Origin: Saccharofermentans sp.
GTDB lineage: Bacteria > Bacillota > Clostridia > Saccharofermentanales > Saccharofermentanaceae
DNA length: 64,000 nt
Assembly: GCA_024683485.1 (NCBI GenBank)
Contig: JAIKYD010000118.1
Location: forward strand, 4,188-68,187
Direction of reading: 5' to 3'
The stretch's first letter is position 1, and each line of letters starts with the position of its first letter. A program made the translations under genes and the position numbers. Below are positions 1 to 8,916 of this stretch, in pieces. Below the pieces are notes generated by a model. That model saw only the letters and a program-made list of their open reading frames with translations. It was not told the origin of the DNA and did not search any database.

Positions 1-69
1 TATCATTGATACTGTAGGCAATCTTGGAACGGTATTCTGATATTATCATCTGTACAAATTGCATTTCAC

Positions 70-98
70 GAAGCCTCATTTGCAACAAGTGAGGCTTC
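70..98. terminator. Inverted repeat, probable intrinsic terminator of an upstream gene ending near nt 40
   Basis: GAAGCCTCA-N11-TGAGGCTTC followed by TTGTTGTTT. Confidence 0.5.
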
Positions 99-196
99 TT
101 GTTGTTTGCCGGAAATATATCCGCTACGATGCCATTAAGGATGCATCTTCAGGATATTGTTGTGCTTCCTGAAATTTGAAAGGAACAACAACTGCA

Positions 197-1525
197 ATGA
201 TAAAAAAGATTGTTTGTACTTTGCTCATACTGACGTTTACTTTGTTCTTCAGGGTTCCCCTTAAAGCTGATTCCGGGGTTGAAGGTCTGATAACTGGATT
301 TAAGACCGGCACGAAATGCAGCAATGTGAGTGTTGTTGTATATGACCACGGTAATCTTACATATTACGGAGACAGGGAAGGCCTTTATCAGATCGGCTCA
401 ATGACAAAAGCATTTACAGGTCTGGCAATACAGAAACTGATCAATGATGGCCTCATCTCTGAAGATGATAAGGTTTCCTCTCTGGTACCTGGCTTTAAAG
501 CATACTATAGGTCTTCTGAGGTGGAGATAACTGTTGATGATCTTCTTATGCAAAGGAGCGGTTATACTAACAATGAGAATGATTATCCTTCTGCTGCAGA
601 AGGAATGACTCTTGGTGAATGGGCCAAGACTGTATCAGGAAAGGAACTGAGTTCTTTGCCCGGAACGGAATATGCATATTCCAATGTCAACTACAATCTT
701 CTTGGCTTGATAATTGAGAACATTACCGGTTCTGCTTACCGTGAATATATGGTGCATGCTGTGCTTGGACCGTTGGACCTTGTTTCCACATCAGCAGGAA
801 TGCCTGAAGATACAGAACGTATCATAGAAGGAACACGGCTCGGATTCAGAAACGTTTTTGAATATGAGGTTCCTGTCAGGGAGGGTAGCATTCCTGCCGG
901 TTATTTCTACTCCGATACTGAAGACATAGGAAAATGGATGAAGGCATGGATCGAAGGTGAAGATCTGGACATGGAATATGTGAAGGGAAAACTTGTGAAT
1001 GAGGGTGATTACTATGCAGGCTGGGAATACTTCGGAGATGGTATTATAGGGCATTCCGGCGGCACACCGAATTATTCTTCAAGAATAGTCTTCTCGGAGA
1101 GAACCGGAACCGGCGTCTGCGTTCTGACAAACCTGAATGTTGCATCAACCACAGACAGCCTGTGCAACAGTATTCTCGCTTCCATTAGCGGAAAAGAATC
1201 AGGCGGTCTGATATGTGATGTTTGGACCGTATTTGATATCATATTTACATTGGTATCTGTAACCGGAGCGGCTCTTTTTGTCATGGCCCTTGTTATCAGG
1301 AAAAAGGGTCTGCTGATCGGAACCGGATCGGTTCTGGCTTTGACAGTCATTCTGATACTGATACTCTTTCCGGTGATATTTGGTGCCGGGCTCAAAGCTA
1401 TAGCGCTTATATGGGCACCATGGAGTTTTCTTGCCGGACTGAGTATCCTGATGATAGATGTATTGACTATCGTAATTAGATTAATTTGGGTAAATGTAAA
1501 TGAGGGTAGAGCAAAGACAGGTTAA
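197..1525 (+). CDS. Serine hydrolase (beta-lactamase/AmpC-like family) with signal peptide and C-terminal transmembrane helices
   Basis: SMTK (SxxK), YSN and HSG motifs; N-terminal hydrophobic signal; about 3 C-terminal TM segments; ATG at 197 follows AAGGA. Confidence 0.8.
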   Translation: MIKKIVCTLLILTFTLFFRVPLKADSGVEGLITGFKTGTKCSNVSVVVYDHGNLTYYGDREGLYQIGSMTKAFTGLAIQKLINDGLISEDDKVSSLVPGFKAYYRSSEVEITVDDLLMQRSGYTNNENDYPSAAEGMTLGEWAKTVSGKELSSLPGTEYAYSNVNYNLLGLIIENITGSAYREYMVHAVLGPLDLVSTSAGMPEDTERIIEGTRLGFRNVFEYEVPVREGSIPAGYFYSDTEDIGKWMKAWIEGEDLDMEYVKGKLVNEGDYYAGWEYFGDGIIGHSGGTPNYSSRIVFSERTGTGVCVLTNLNVASTTDSLCNSILASISGKESGGLICDVWTVFDIIFTLVSVTGAALFVMALVIRKKGLLIGTGSVLALTVILILILFPVIFGAGLKAIALIWAPWSFLAGLSILMIDVLTIVIRLIWVNVNEGRAKTG

Positions 1526-1943
1526 GGATCAGCCGCTTACGGTTATTATCGAATATCCGGAATACGATCATACTGTCGATAACCTGATCAAAAAGATAAA
1601 GAACATGAGTATCAGTTTTACCGGTAAGACTGAAGGTAAGACTGTAAGTATTGATATCTCTGACATCTATTACATCGAAAATGTTGAGCGGAAGATCTTT
1701 CTGTATTCCAGGAAGGATGTTTACCGCTACGATGGAAATATGACGGATATTGATAATGCGGTAATAGATACTGACCTGGTTAGAATATCGAGAACGTGTT
1801 TTATGAATGTTTCACACTTAAGGGAGATCATGCAGATAAAGAACAGTCATCTCGAAGCGGTAATGGATAACGGTGAGAAACTCATCGTTTCCAGAAAATA
1901 CCTAAAGGATATCAAGAAGATCTTCAGGAGAAAGATGTTATGA
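1500..1943 (+). CDS. LytTR-family DNA-binding protein without a receiver domain
   Basis: IYYIE...LVRISRTCFMNVSH...NGEKLIVSRKY is typical of LytTR; 147 aa. Confidence 0.85.
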   Translation: MRVEQRQVKDQPLTVIIEYPEYDHTVDNLIKKIKNMSISFTGKTEGKTVSIDISDIYYIENVERKIFLYSRKDVYRYDGNMTDIDNAVIDTDLVRISRTCFMNVSHLREIMQIKNSHLEAVMDNGEKLIVSRKYLKDIKKIFRRKML

Positions 1944-2893
1944 GAAGGATACTACGGGATACATGTATCTTTGCCGCTCTCATGATACTGACGGTCTTTG
2001 CGTTCTCAATCTCAGGCGTCGGATTAACAGAAGAGATAAAACTTGTTTTTCAGCTTTTCGGACTGGCATTTATATTGTCGGTAACCAATTATATTTTCGA
2101 TGAGATTACATCGCTTCCGATACTTGCAGGTTATATTGTCAAGTATTTTGTGGTGGTGGGAATAGTAATAGTATTCGGATTTATTGCCGGATGGTTTTAT
2201 CCTTCAAATTTCTGGATGGCTTTCATATATGTAGGCGTGATCACTGTCATTGTCTATGCACTTGACTCAGTAAAGACCGAGAAAGATATTGAAGAGATCA
2301 ATGAGATGGTAAAACTGAGCAAAAATGAGAAGACAGGGTATATGCCGCTCCAAAAAAGAAAAGGCTGGAAAGTATTGCTGATCCTTATTGCGGCAATGAC
2401 GGTCTTAAGCATTGCATCAATAGCAGGATATTTCTATTTTGAGGAAATTGATTCTGCCCTTAGGAGGCAGCATGAGGATGAAGCCAGGGCAGCAGGGTTT
2501 GATAAAGTTTATATCCTGTGCGTGAAAAATGATAATGTTATAATCGACGGAAAACTCTATGAATGTTACCGGACTTCCGAAATAATGTTTGCCGGTAATC
2601 TCAGTTCCAGAGAAATAGAACTGTATTTTGAGAGCGGAACTCCATATATTGACGGGGCAGAAGGTGAGGAGTCCAACCTCAGGATCTATTGCAAAAGCAT
2701 TGGCCAGGACTATGAAGATAAGCGTTTTATAGAACCGTATTCGATCTATAATGCCGGGAAAAAGTACGGTGATTACTGTCTTAACGGTTTTGCAGTTTCT
2801 CTTCCGGCAGTACTCTTCCTGATTATCGTATTGATAATATACTTTTCTGTTTACTATATCCGCCGCAGACAGAAAATGAAAAGATTGCCATAA
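1940..2893 (+). CDS. DUF3021-like membrane protein (putative LytTR inhibitor) with C-terminal extension
   Basis: Four N-terminal TM helices ending KDIEEINEM; overlaps the LytTR stop (ATGA); extra TM-soluble domain-TM region follows. Confidence 0.55.
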   Translation: MRRILRDTCIFAALMILTVFAFSISGVGLTEEIKLVFQLFGLAFILSVTNYIFDEITSLPILAGYIVKYFVVVGIVIVFGFIAGWFYPSNFWMAFIYVGVITVIVYALDSVKTEKDIEEINEMVKLSKNEKTGYMPLQKRKGWKVLLILIAAMTVLSIASIAGYFYFEEIDSALRRQHEDEARAAGFDKVYILCVKNDNVIIDGKLYECYRTSEIMFAGNLSSREIELYFESGTPYIDGAEGEESNLRIYCKSIGQDYEDKRFIEPYSIYNAGKKYGDYCLNGFAVSLPAVLFLIIVLIIYFSVYYIRRRQKMKRLP

Positions 2894-2962
2894 TATTCTT
2901 TCGCACTGTTCTCCTGAGCAGTTACGTAAATGACTATAATTGAATCCTGATCAGCATTACCG

Positions 2963-3448
2963 ATGGAGGATAGGAATAATATGTGTTTGATATGTGACCG
3001 TATTGAAATGATTAAGAATGGAACAAATCCGTATTTTGTCAAGGAACTGGAGACCGGGTATGTTGTTATTGGCGATAATCAGCATTTCTACGGATATTCG
3101 TTATTCCTTTATAAGAATCACGATTACACTGAATTGTTCCAGCTTGACATGGATGAAAGAATTAGATTTCTGAAAGAAATGTCGATAGTGGCTGAGGCAA
3201 CGGCAAGAGCATTCAAACCAGAGAAGATGAACTATGAGCTGCTCGGCATGGGCGATGCCCACCTTCACTGGCACCTGTATCCAAGGAATAAAGGTGATAT
3301 CGGTAATTATGGACACAACGGTGTCGGTCCTGTTTGGTGTCTTCCTATGGAGAAGATATATGCTGATGAATGCCGTCCGTCTCCTGAAGAACTCGAGACA
3401 ATGAAGCACAGATTGCTTACAGAATTGGAACAGTTGCTTAATCAATAG
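2963..3448 (+). CDS. HIT family hydrolase
   Basis: CxxC at N-terminus and HLHWH histidine triad; start may be M8. Confidence 0.85.
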   Translation: MEDRNNMCLICDRIEMIKNGTNPYFVKELETGYVVIGDNQHFYGYSLFLYKNHDYTELFQLDMDERIRFLKEMSIVAEATARAFKPEKMNYELLGMGDAHLHWHLYPRNKGDIGNYGHNGVGPVWCLPMEKIYADECRPSPEELETMKHRLLTELEQLLNQ

Positions 3449-3489
3449 AATCTATAGTGTTGGTATAATGGATCCATGGAGGACACTTT

Positions 3490-4155
3490 ATGGAAAATGA
3501 CTATAAAAGCAAAGTGACTATGGATCCGTCCGGATTCGTTCTGCTTGCAGATTATGTTCCCGGCATTATCCAGGAGATAAGATACTATTCCACATATAAT
3601 TTCATTGGCGATAAGATCGACGGATATGAACAGCCGTGTGCAATTATCACCAAGGAAGCTGCCAGAGTACTTAAGACAATAAGCAATGAATTTAACGTTC
3701 AAGGTTACAGGATGAAGGTCTATGACTGCTACAGACCTGCCTGCGCGGTGAAGCACTTTGTTATGTGGGGCATCGAAGATACTGATATCAGGATGAAAGA
3801 GTACTTCTATCCCGATCTCGTTAAGCAGGAACTGTTCTCACAGGGTTATGTGGCTTCCAGATCCTCTCACAGCAGGGGGAGCACGATCGACCTGACTCTT
3901 CTTGATATGAAGACCGGCAAGGAAGTCGACATGGGTAGTCCTTTTGACATGTTCAGTGAAGTGTCTCATCCGGACTACAAAGGCATAACGGAAGAACAGT
4001 ACAACAACAGGATGATCCTCAGGAATTGCATGATGCGCAATGGTTTTGAACCGATAGACTGCGAGTGGTGGCATTTCACGCTGAAAGACGAGCCATATCC
4101 GGACACTTATTTCGAATTTCCTGTATCTGCGGATTATCTGCTTAGGGGAAGATAA
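3490..4155 (+). CDS. D-Ala-D-Ala dipeptidase (M15, VanX/DdpX family)
   Basis: YDCYRP, SSHSRGSTIDLT and EWWHF zinc-peptidase motifs; GGAGG RBS. Confidence 0.9.
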   Translation: MENDYKSKVTMDPSGFVLLADYVPGIIQEIRYYSTYNFIGDKIDGYEQPCAIITKEAARVLKTISNEFNVQGYRMKVYDCYRPACAVKHFVMWGIEDTDIRMKEYFYPDLVKQELFSQGYVASRSSHSRGSTIDLTLLDMKTGKEVDMGSPFDMFSEVSHPDYKGITEEQYNNRMILRNCMMRNGFEPIDCEWWHFTLKDEPYPDTYFEFPVSADYLLRGR

Positions 4156-4250
4156 AATTAATACTTTGTTTTGATTGTTCAAAAATAATTGTGTTATACT
4201 AAACCATATAAATATTTCGCACTTAGTGTGCTGAACAAGGAGGCATTCAA

Positions 4251-4550
4251 ATGCTGAATATCAACAAGACGATTACTAACGGTAAGGCAGTTTTCGCTTT
4301 GGAGGGAAGACTTGATACAAATACTTCCGTAGAGCTTGACGCTGCGCTCAGTCCTGTCCTCGACGGTATCAACGAACTGGTTTTTGATCTTGAGAAACTC
4401 GAGTATATTTCATCTGCAGGACTCCGTGTTCTTCTCGCTACCCACAAGAGCCTTTCCAAGAAGGGTGGAATGAAAGTTACAAATGTCAATGAGATGATCA
4501 TGGAGATTTTCGAAGTAACAGGTTTCTCTGATATCCTGACGATTGAGTAA
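4251..4550 (+). CDS. STAS-domain anti-sigma factor antagonist (SpoIIAA/RsbV-like)
   Basis: LEGRLDTNT...LEYISSAGLRVLL...IFEVTGF; AAGGAGG RBS. Confidence 0.9.
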   Translation: MLNINKTITNGKAVFALEGRLDTNTSVELDAALSPVLDGINELVFDLEKLEYISSAGLRVLLATHKSLSKKGGMKVTNVNEMIMEIFEVTGFSDILTIE

Positions 4551-4699
4551 GTTTATCTAAAGTCCTCGCAGTTTATTTCCGGATTATTTGATCCGGTAAG
4601 AAAAACATAAACGGTGCGGAACTTTGATCAGTCATTTACCGGCGGTATATTGTTTCTGCAAACAGAACATTTACCGTCGGTTTGTTTTAGGGGTTATTT

Positions 4700-5140
4700 A
4701 TGGGTCATCTTAAGTTCAAATATGTAAGGATACAGGGCAGGAACCTTGCCAGTAATACCATGATTGGCAAAGGTATATTCAGTGTTTGCTGGGAACTTGT
4801 AAGAAACGACACGATGGAAGAAGAGGACGCTATGCTTTTCCGCGAGATCGACGCATGGTTTGCAGATAATCTGCCATGGCCGCCTCAATGCAGAAAGCAG
4901 GAAGCTGTTGCCTGCTGGTTTAAGGTAGAGAACACGGATGAGATGATGAAGATGATAAGACCTGCCATCTGGCTTCTGGAAAAATACAATCACCCTTATT
5001 ATCTGGTTTATACGAATTCTCCTGGAGAGATCGTTTACGAGGACAAGTACCAGATTTGTGCAAAAACTGATATCCGAATAGAAAACGTGACATCATCGTG
5101 GTATGAGGAATCTACATCTGCTTTGAAAAATGAGGAATGA
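4700..5140 (+). CDS. Hypothetical protein
   Basis: 146-aa ORF with AGGGG RBS and a downstream terminator; no motif recognised. Confidence 0.6.
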   Translation: MGHLKFKYVRIQGRNLASNTMIGKGIFSVCWELVRNDTMEEEDAMLFREIDAWFADNLPWPPQCRKQEAVACWFKVENTDEMMKMIRPAIWLLEKYNHPYYLVYTNSPGEIVYEDKYQICAKTDIRIENVTSSWYEESTSALKNEE

Positions 5141-5173
5141 TTATATTTTTGAATTATTATGCCTGCAAAGTAA

Positions 5174-5202
5174 AAGGGCCATTCCGTTGTGGGATGGCCC
5201 TT
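5174..5202. terminator. Bidirectional intrinsic terminator between convergent genes
   Basis: AAGGGCCATTCC-GTTGT-GGGATGGCCCTT with A/T flanks. Confidence 0.7.
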
Positions 5203-5228
5203 AATTGTTGTTTAATTCACTTGATCTG

Positions 5229-5840
5229 TCAGAATGCTTTATAGATAGCAATCTCGACATCAGAGTTTACGATGTGGACAGTAACATCGTCGGCAAGGTT
5301 TGCAACGATGGATTTCTCCAATTCATCTTTTGCTTCCTTAGCCTCATTCTGAACATCGTATGCCTTGTCGATCGATGCAACATATGTGCTCATCGACCAT
5401 GAATAACTTCCCTGGTAAGTGCCCATCTGGCTGCCTAATGCCATCAGTCCGAGAGCCTGGTCTGCCATAGCTTTAGTCTCAGGGTCGTCAGGTAATGTTG
5501 CAGTTGCGATCATTTCACGGATCTTTCCCATCATGCCCTTTGCAGCAGAGTTCTTTCCTGAAGAAGAAACAGCGATGATCTCTTTTCTTGTCTTCAGATC
5601 CATGGGAATAATTGTCTTAAGGTGGATCTCAACAACATTATCCTGTGCTTCAAGCCAGAAATCTCCAACAAGATCATCAGTAAAGGAACGCATAAGTTCA
5701 ATTAGTTCTTCGGAGAGCAGACGAAGACGGAGACTTGCCTTGTTATCGAGTCCGCAGAATGCTCCGGTCTTCTCAGTAAGCTCCAATGCTTTATCTATAC
5801 CGGTTCCGTTAGGTGAGATGCTGACAAGTTCTGTCTTCAT
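5229..5840 (-). CDS. Hypothetical protein, probable degenerate RsbW/SpoIIAB-like (HATPase_c) fold
   Basis: GL..ASLRLRLLSEEL at the start and SIVANLADDVTV...VEIAIYK at the end resemble anti-sigma kinases; no N-box Asn or DxG box; GGAGG RBS. Confidence 0.5.
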   Translation of the reverse strand: MKTELVSISPNGTGIDKALELTEKTGAFCGLDNKASLRLRLLSEELIELMRSFTDDLVGDFWLEAQDNVVEIHLKTIIPMDLKTRKEIIAVSSSGKNSAAKGMMGKIREMIATATLPDDPETKAMADQALGLMALGSQMGTYQGSYSWSMSTYVASIDKAYDVQNEAKEAKDELEKSIVANLADDVTVHIVNSDVEIAIYKAF

Positions 5841-5926
5841 ATAATGTCCTCCGATTCAATCAATACTTATAGGATTATACCATAATTTCAGGGCAGCTCT
5901 AAGAGATGGATCAAATGCTTAACTGT

Positions 5927-7021
5927 TTACTTCTTGCTCTTGATGATGCTCTTGAACCTGTTAATGCCTTCATCATATGTGTAATCGATAGAAGAAGATG
6001 CATTCTTAACGATTGCAGAAGAAATCTCATCTCCATCATTGACAGGGTCGAATCTGTCGCCGTTATACGATACTTCGAATGAGACGTTTCCGTCCGCTTC
6101 CGAATATTCGATAATGACATTGATAGGGAAGACGTTTCCGCGTTTTGTCAGTTGCTGTTTTACGAGTTCCTCGAAAATCAGCTGTGCGTTCTTAACAGTC
6201 TTGTCAGGAAGGATATTGTCTTTACCGAACAATTCGATCTTGGAATTGAAAGCGATATAGTCGAAATCCTGACTCTCGATAACGAGCAGAAGCTGCTTCA
6301 GACGCTTGATGAAAATTCGTGTCTTCTCTCTCTTCGGAGAATCGAAGATCTCAGAAGGAGTGCCTTCCTCATAGATCCCGCCTTCATCCATATAGAAGAT
6401 CCTTGTCGATACATCGCGGGCAAATTTCATCTCGTGTGTGACGATCATCATGGTCATACCGTCTTTTGCAAGCTGACGGATAACCTGCAGAACTTCGCCT
6501 ACCATTGTAGGGTCGAGTGCGGATGTTGGCTCATCGAAAAGGATCATATCAGGCTTCATTGCGATAGCGCGGGCTATGGCGACACGCTGTTTCTGACCGC
6601 CTGAAAGCTCATCCGGGAAATTATAGGCTTTCTCTGCAAGACCTACGCGCTTAAGGAGTTCCATGCCTTCTTTGAATGTTTCATCCTTCGGCTTGCCAAG
6701 AAGCTTGATAGGAGCATTTGTGACGTTATCGATGATGTTGAGATTAGAGAAGAGGTTAAAAGACTGGAATACCATTCCCATTTTCTGTCTTACCTTTTCC
6801 ATCTTGCACTTTGGATCAGTGATTACTTCACCATCGAAAGTCACTGTGCCAGATGTCGGCTTTTCGAGCTGGTTGAGGCATCTCAGAAATGTTGATTTGC
6901 CTGTTCCCGAAGGACCGATGATAGAAATAACGTCACCTTTATTGATCTCGCAGTTGACATCCTTAAGCGGAATTACATTAGGATACTCTTTTCGGAGGTG
7001 TTCTACTTTTATCATACTCAT
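5927..7021 (-). CDS. Polar amino-acid ABC transporter ATPase (GlnQ-like) with ~120-aa C-terminal extension
   Basis: GPSGTGKS, LSGGQKQR, FDEPTSALD and VTHEM motifs. Confidence 0.9.
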   Translation of the reverse strand: MSMIKVEHLRKEYPNVIPLKDVNCEINKGDVISIIGPSGTGKSTFLRCLNQLEKPTSGTVTFDGEVITDPKCKMEKVRQKMGMVFQSFNLFSNLNIIDNVTNAPIKLLGKPKDETFKEGMELLKRVGLAEKAYNFPDELSGGQKQRVAIARAIAMKPDMILFDEPTSALDPTMVGEVLQVIRQLAKDGMTMMIVTHEMKFARDVSTRIFYMDEGGIYEEGTPSEIFDSPKREKTRIFIKRLKQLLLVIESQDFDYIAFNSKIELFGKDNILPDKTVKNAQLIFEELVKQQLTKRGNVFPINVIIEYSEADGNVSFEVSYNGDRFDPVNDGDEISSAIVKNASSSIDYTYDEGINRFKSIIKSKK

Positions 7022-8610
7022 TTTGCTATGGCCTCCTTTGCGGTTTTAGCTTTCTTTGCTCTCGGATCGATCTTCTTGAGTACCAGATTCAGTATCAGTG
7101 AGATTATCCATGCAAGGATGAAGTATATGATTGCTGTCGCAATGAGAGGGAAGAATGCCTCATATGTACGGCTTCTGATAATGTCACTCATCTTTGTGAG
7201 ATCCTGTATTGCGATGTAACCTACGATGGATGTGTTCTTGAGGAGCGAAATAATCTCGCCTCTGTATACCGGGATCTGACGTACAGATGCCTGAGGGAAG
7301 ATAAATTTGAAGAATGCCTGATTCTCCGAGTATCCGAGTGCAAGTGCGGCTTCTCTCTGACCACCGTCGATGCTCTCGATTCCGGATCTTAGGATCTCGG
7401 ATGTATAGGCTGCGAAGTTAAGCGAGAATCCGATTACGGCTACCCATATGGCATTGATTCCTGATTTACCGAAGACTACGTAGTAAAGGATCATGAGAAG
7501 CACGACCATCGGAGTGCCCTGAAGGAGCTTTACATAAAGATTTGCGATCTTGTTGGCAAGCAGGCTGTCAGTTCTTCTGAACAGGCAGATAAAGAATGCA
7601 AACAGTGAACCGATGATAACGGAAAGCGCTGTGATTATACATGTTGTTCCTACACCTCGAAGGATAAGCTGGTATCTGGCCTCGGTAACAAAGTTTTTCT
7701 TGAAGCTTTCAGCAATGGAACTGAAGAATGAAGCCTTCTCGGTTTTTGTATCATCCCCGATACTGAGATCAGTACTTCTGGCAATTAACACTACGCCACC
7801 GTTGTAGATAATATCAGAAAAATCAATGCTTTGAGCTCTTTCCTCTGTGTAAGAGAGGCTGGTTGCGAAAAAATCATATTTACCCGAAGCAAGTCCGGCG
7901 AGGCAAGATGAGATGTTTGCCTGTTCGAAAGTTACGGAGTAACCGTACTCTTTTGCAAATTCCAACGTAAGTTCAACTGCATAACCGACCAGCTGGTTGT
8001 TGGCTAAATAGGAGAACGGGATATGGTCGGGAAGAACAGCAACAACGAGTTTACCATTCTCACCTGAAAGCTCACTTGTATTGATGACTTTCTTGGACTC
8101 TTCACCCTCAATCCACTTATATTTAAGCTCATCGAGTTTGCCATCTGATTTATATTTTGCGAGAAATTCGTTGAACTGACTTTGCAGGAGTTCCGAACGA
8201 TCGTTATCTTTTGGGAAACCGAAGTGATAGTCATCGTTAACGATTGGTTCGTGCAGATAATCGACTGAATTCTGCTGAAGATGTTCCATTGCAGCAACAG
8301 GTTGATCCTCGAGAAAGAAGTCAATCTTGTTTGTGATAAGCGCAGTGATAAGGTCGCTGTCTGTGTCAAAATAAAAATATTCGCTGTTGGGGAATTTATC
8401 AAACGTTATTGGTTCAAAGCTTGATCCGGTCTTGATTCCGGCACGTTTCCCGTTGTATTCATCATAAGTTAAGGTTTTCTTTTCACTTTCAGGCACTCCG
8501 GAAACAGTTGATTTACCTTTACTGTTGACGATTACAGACAAAACTATGCCCGCTATCAGCAATACTGCAACGGCAATGATAATTAAATCGGTCTTTTTCA
8601 ATTTGTTCAC
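7018..8610 (-). CDS. Polar amino-acid ABC transporter, fused substrate-binding and permease domains
   Basis: SBP_bac_3 motifs (TEERAQSIDFS); permease motifs QGTPM, AAYTSEILRSGI, GQREAALALG, LKNTS. Confidence 0.9.
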   Translation of the reverse strand: MNKLKKTDLIIIAVAVLLIAGIVLSVIVNSKGKSTVSGVPESEKKTLTYDEYNGKRAGIKTGSSFEPITFDKFPNSEYFYFDTDSDLITALITNKIDFFLEDQPVAAMEHLQQNSVDYLHEPIVNDDYHFGFPKDNDRSELLQSQFNEFLAKYKSDGKLDELKYKWIEGEESKKVINTSELSGENGKLVVAVLPDHIPFSYLANNQLVGYAVELTLEFAKEYGYSVTFEQANISSCLAGLASGKYDFFATSLSYTEERAQSIDFSDIIYNGGVVLIARSTDLSIGDDTKTEKASFFSSIAESFKKNFVTEARYQLILRGVGTTCIITALSVIIGSLFAFFICLFRRTDSLLANKIANLYVKLLQGTPMVVLLMILYYVVFGKSGINAIWVAVIGFSLNFAAYTSEILRSGIESIDGGQREAALALGYSENQAFFKFIFPQASVRQIPVYRGEIISLLKNTSIVGYIAIQDLTKMSDIIRSRTYEAFFPLIATAIIYFILAWIISLILNLVLKKIDPRAKKAKTAKEAIAK

Positions 8611-8916
8611 TGCTGACCCTCCTTGTTTGATGTTGTGAAGTTACGACTAACTTGGAATTATATAAAAGATATTTTAATAATAGTTTATATTTTCTCTGAT
8701 TCAATGTGTGTTGGCAATTGTTAACAAAACCTCTACACATAGTTTGTAGATGTGTAAATAACCGGGGATAAACATAACATAAATGTTAAGAAATGAATTC
8801 AGGAGGGAAATCTTTTCCGCAGACAGAAAAAACGGGTATTGATGCTTCCGGGACAATCTATGATATTATCCTGACAGGTTTACAATTTATACTTCAGATA
8901 GGATGAGCTTAGTCGT

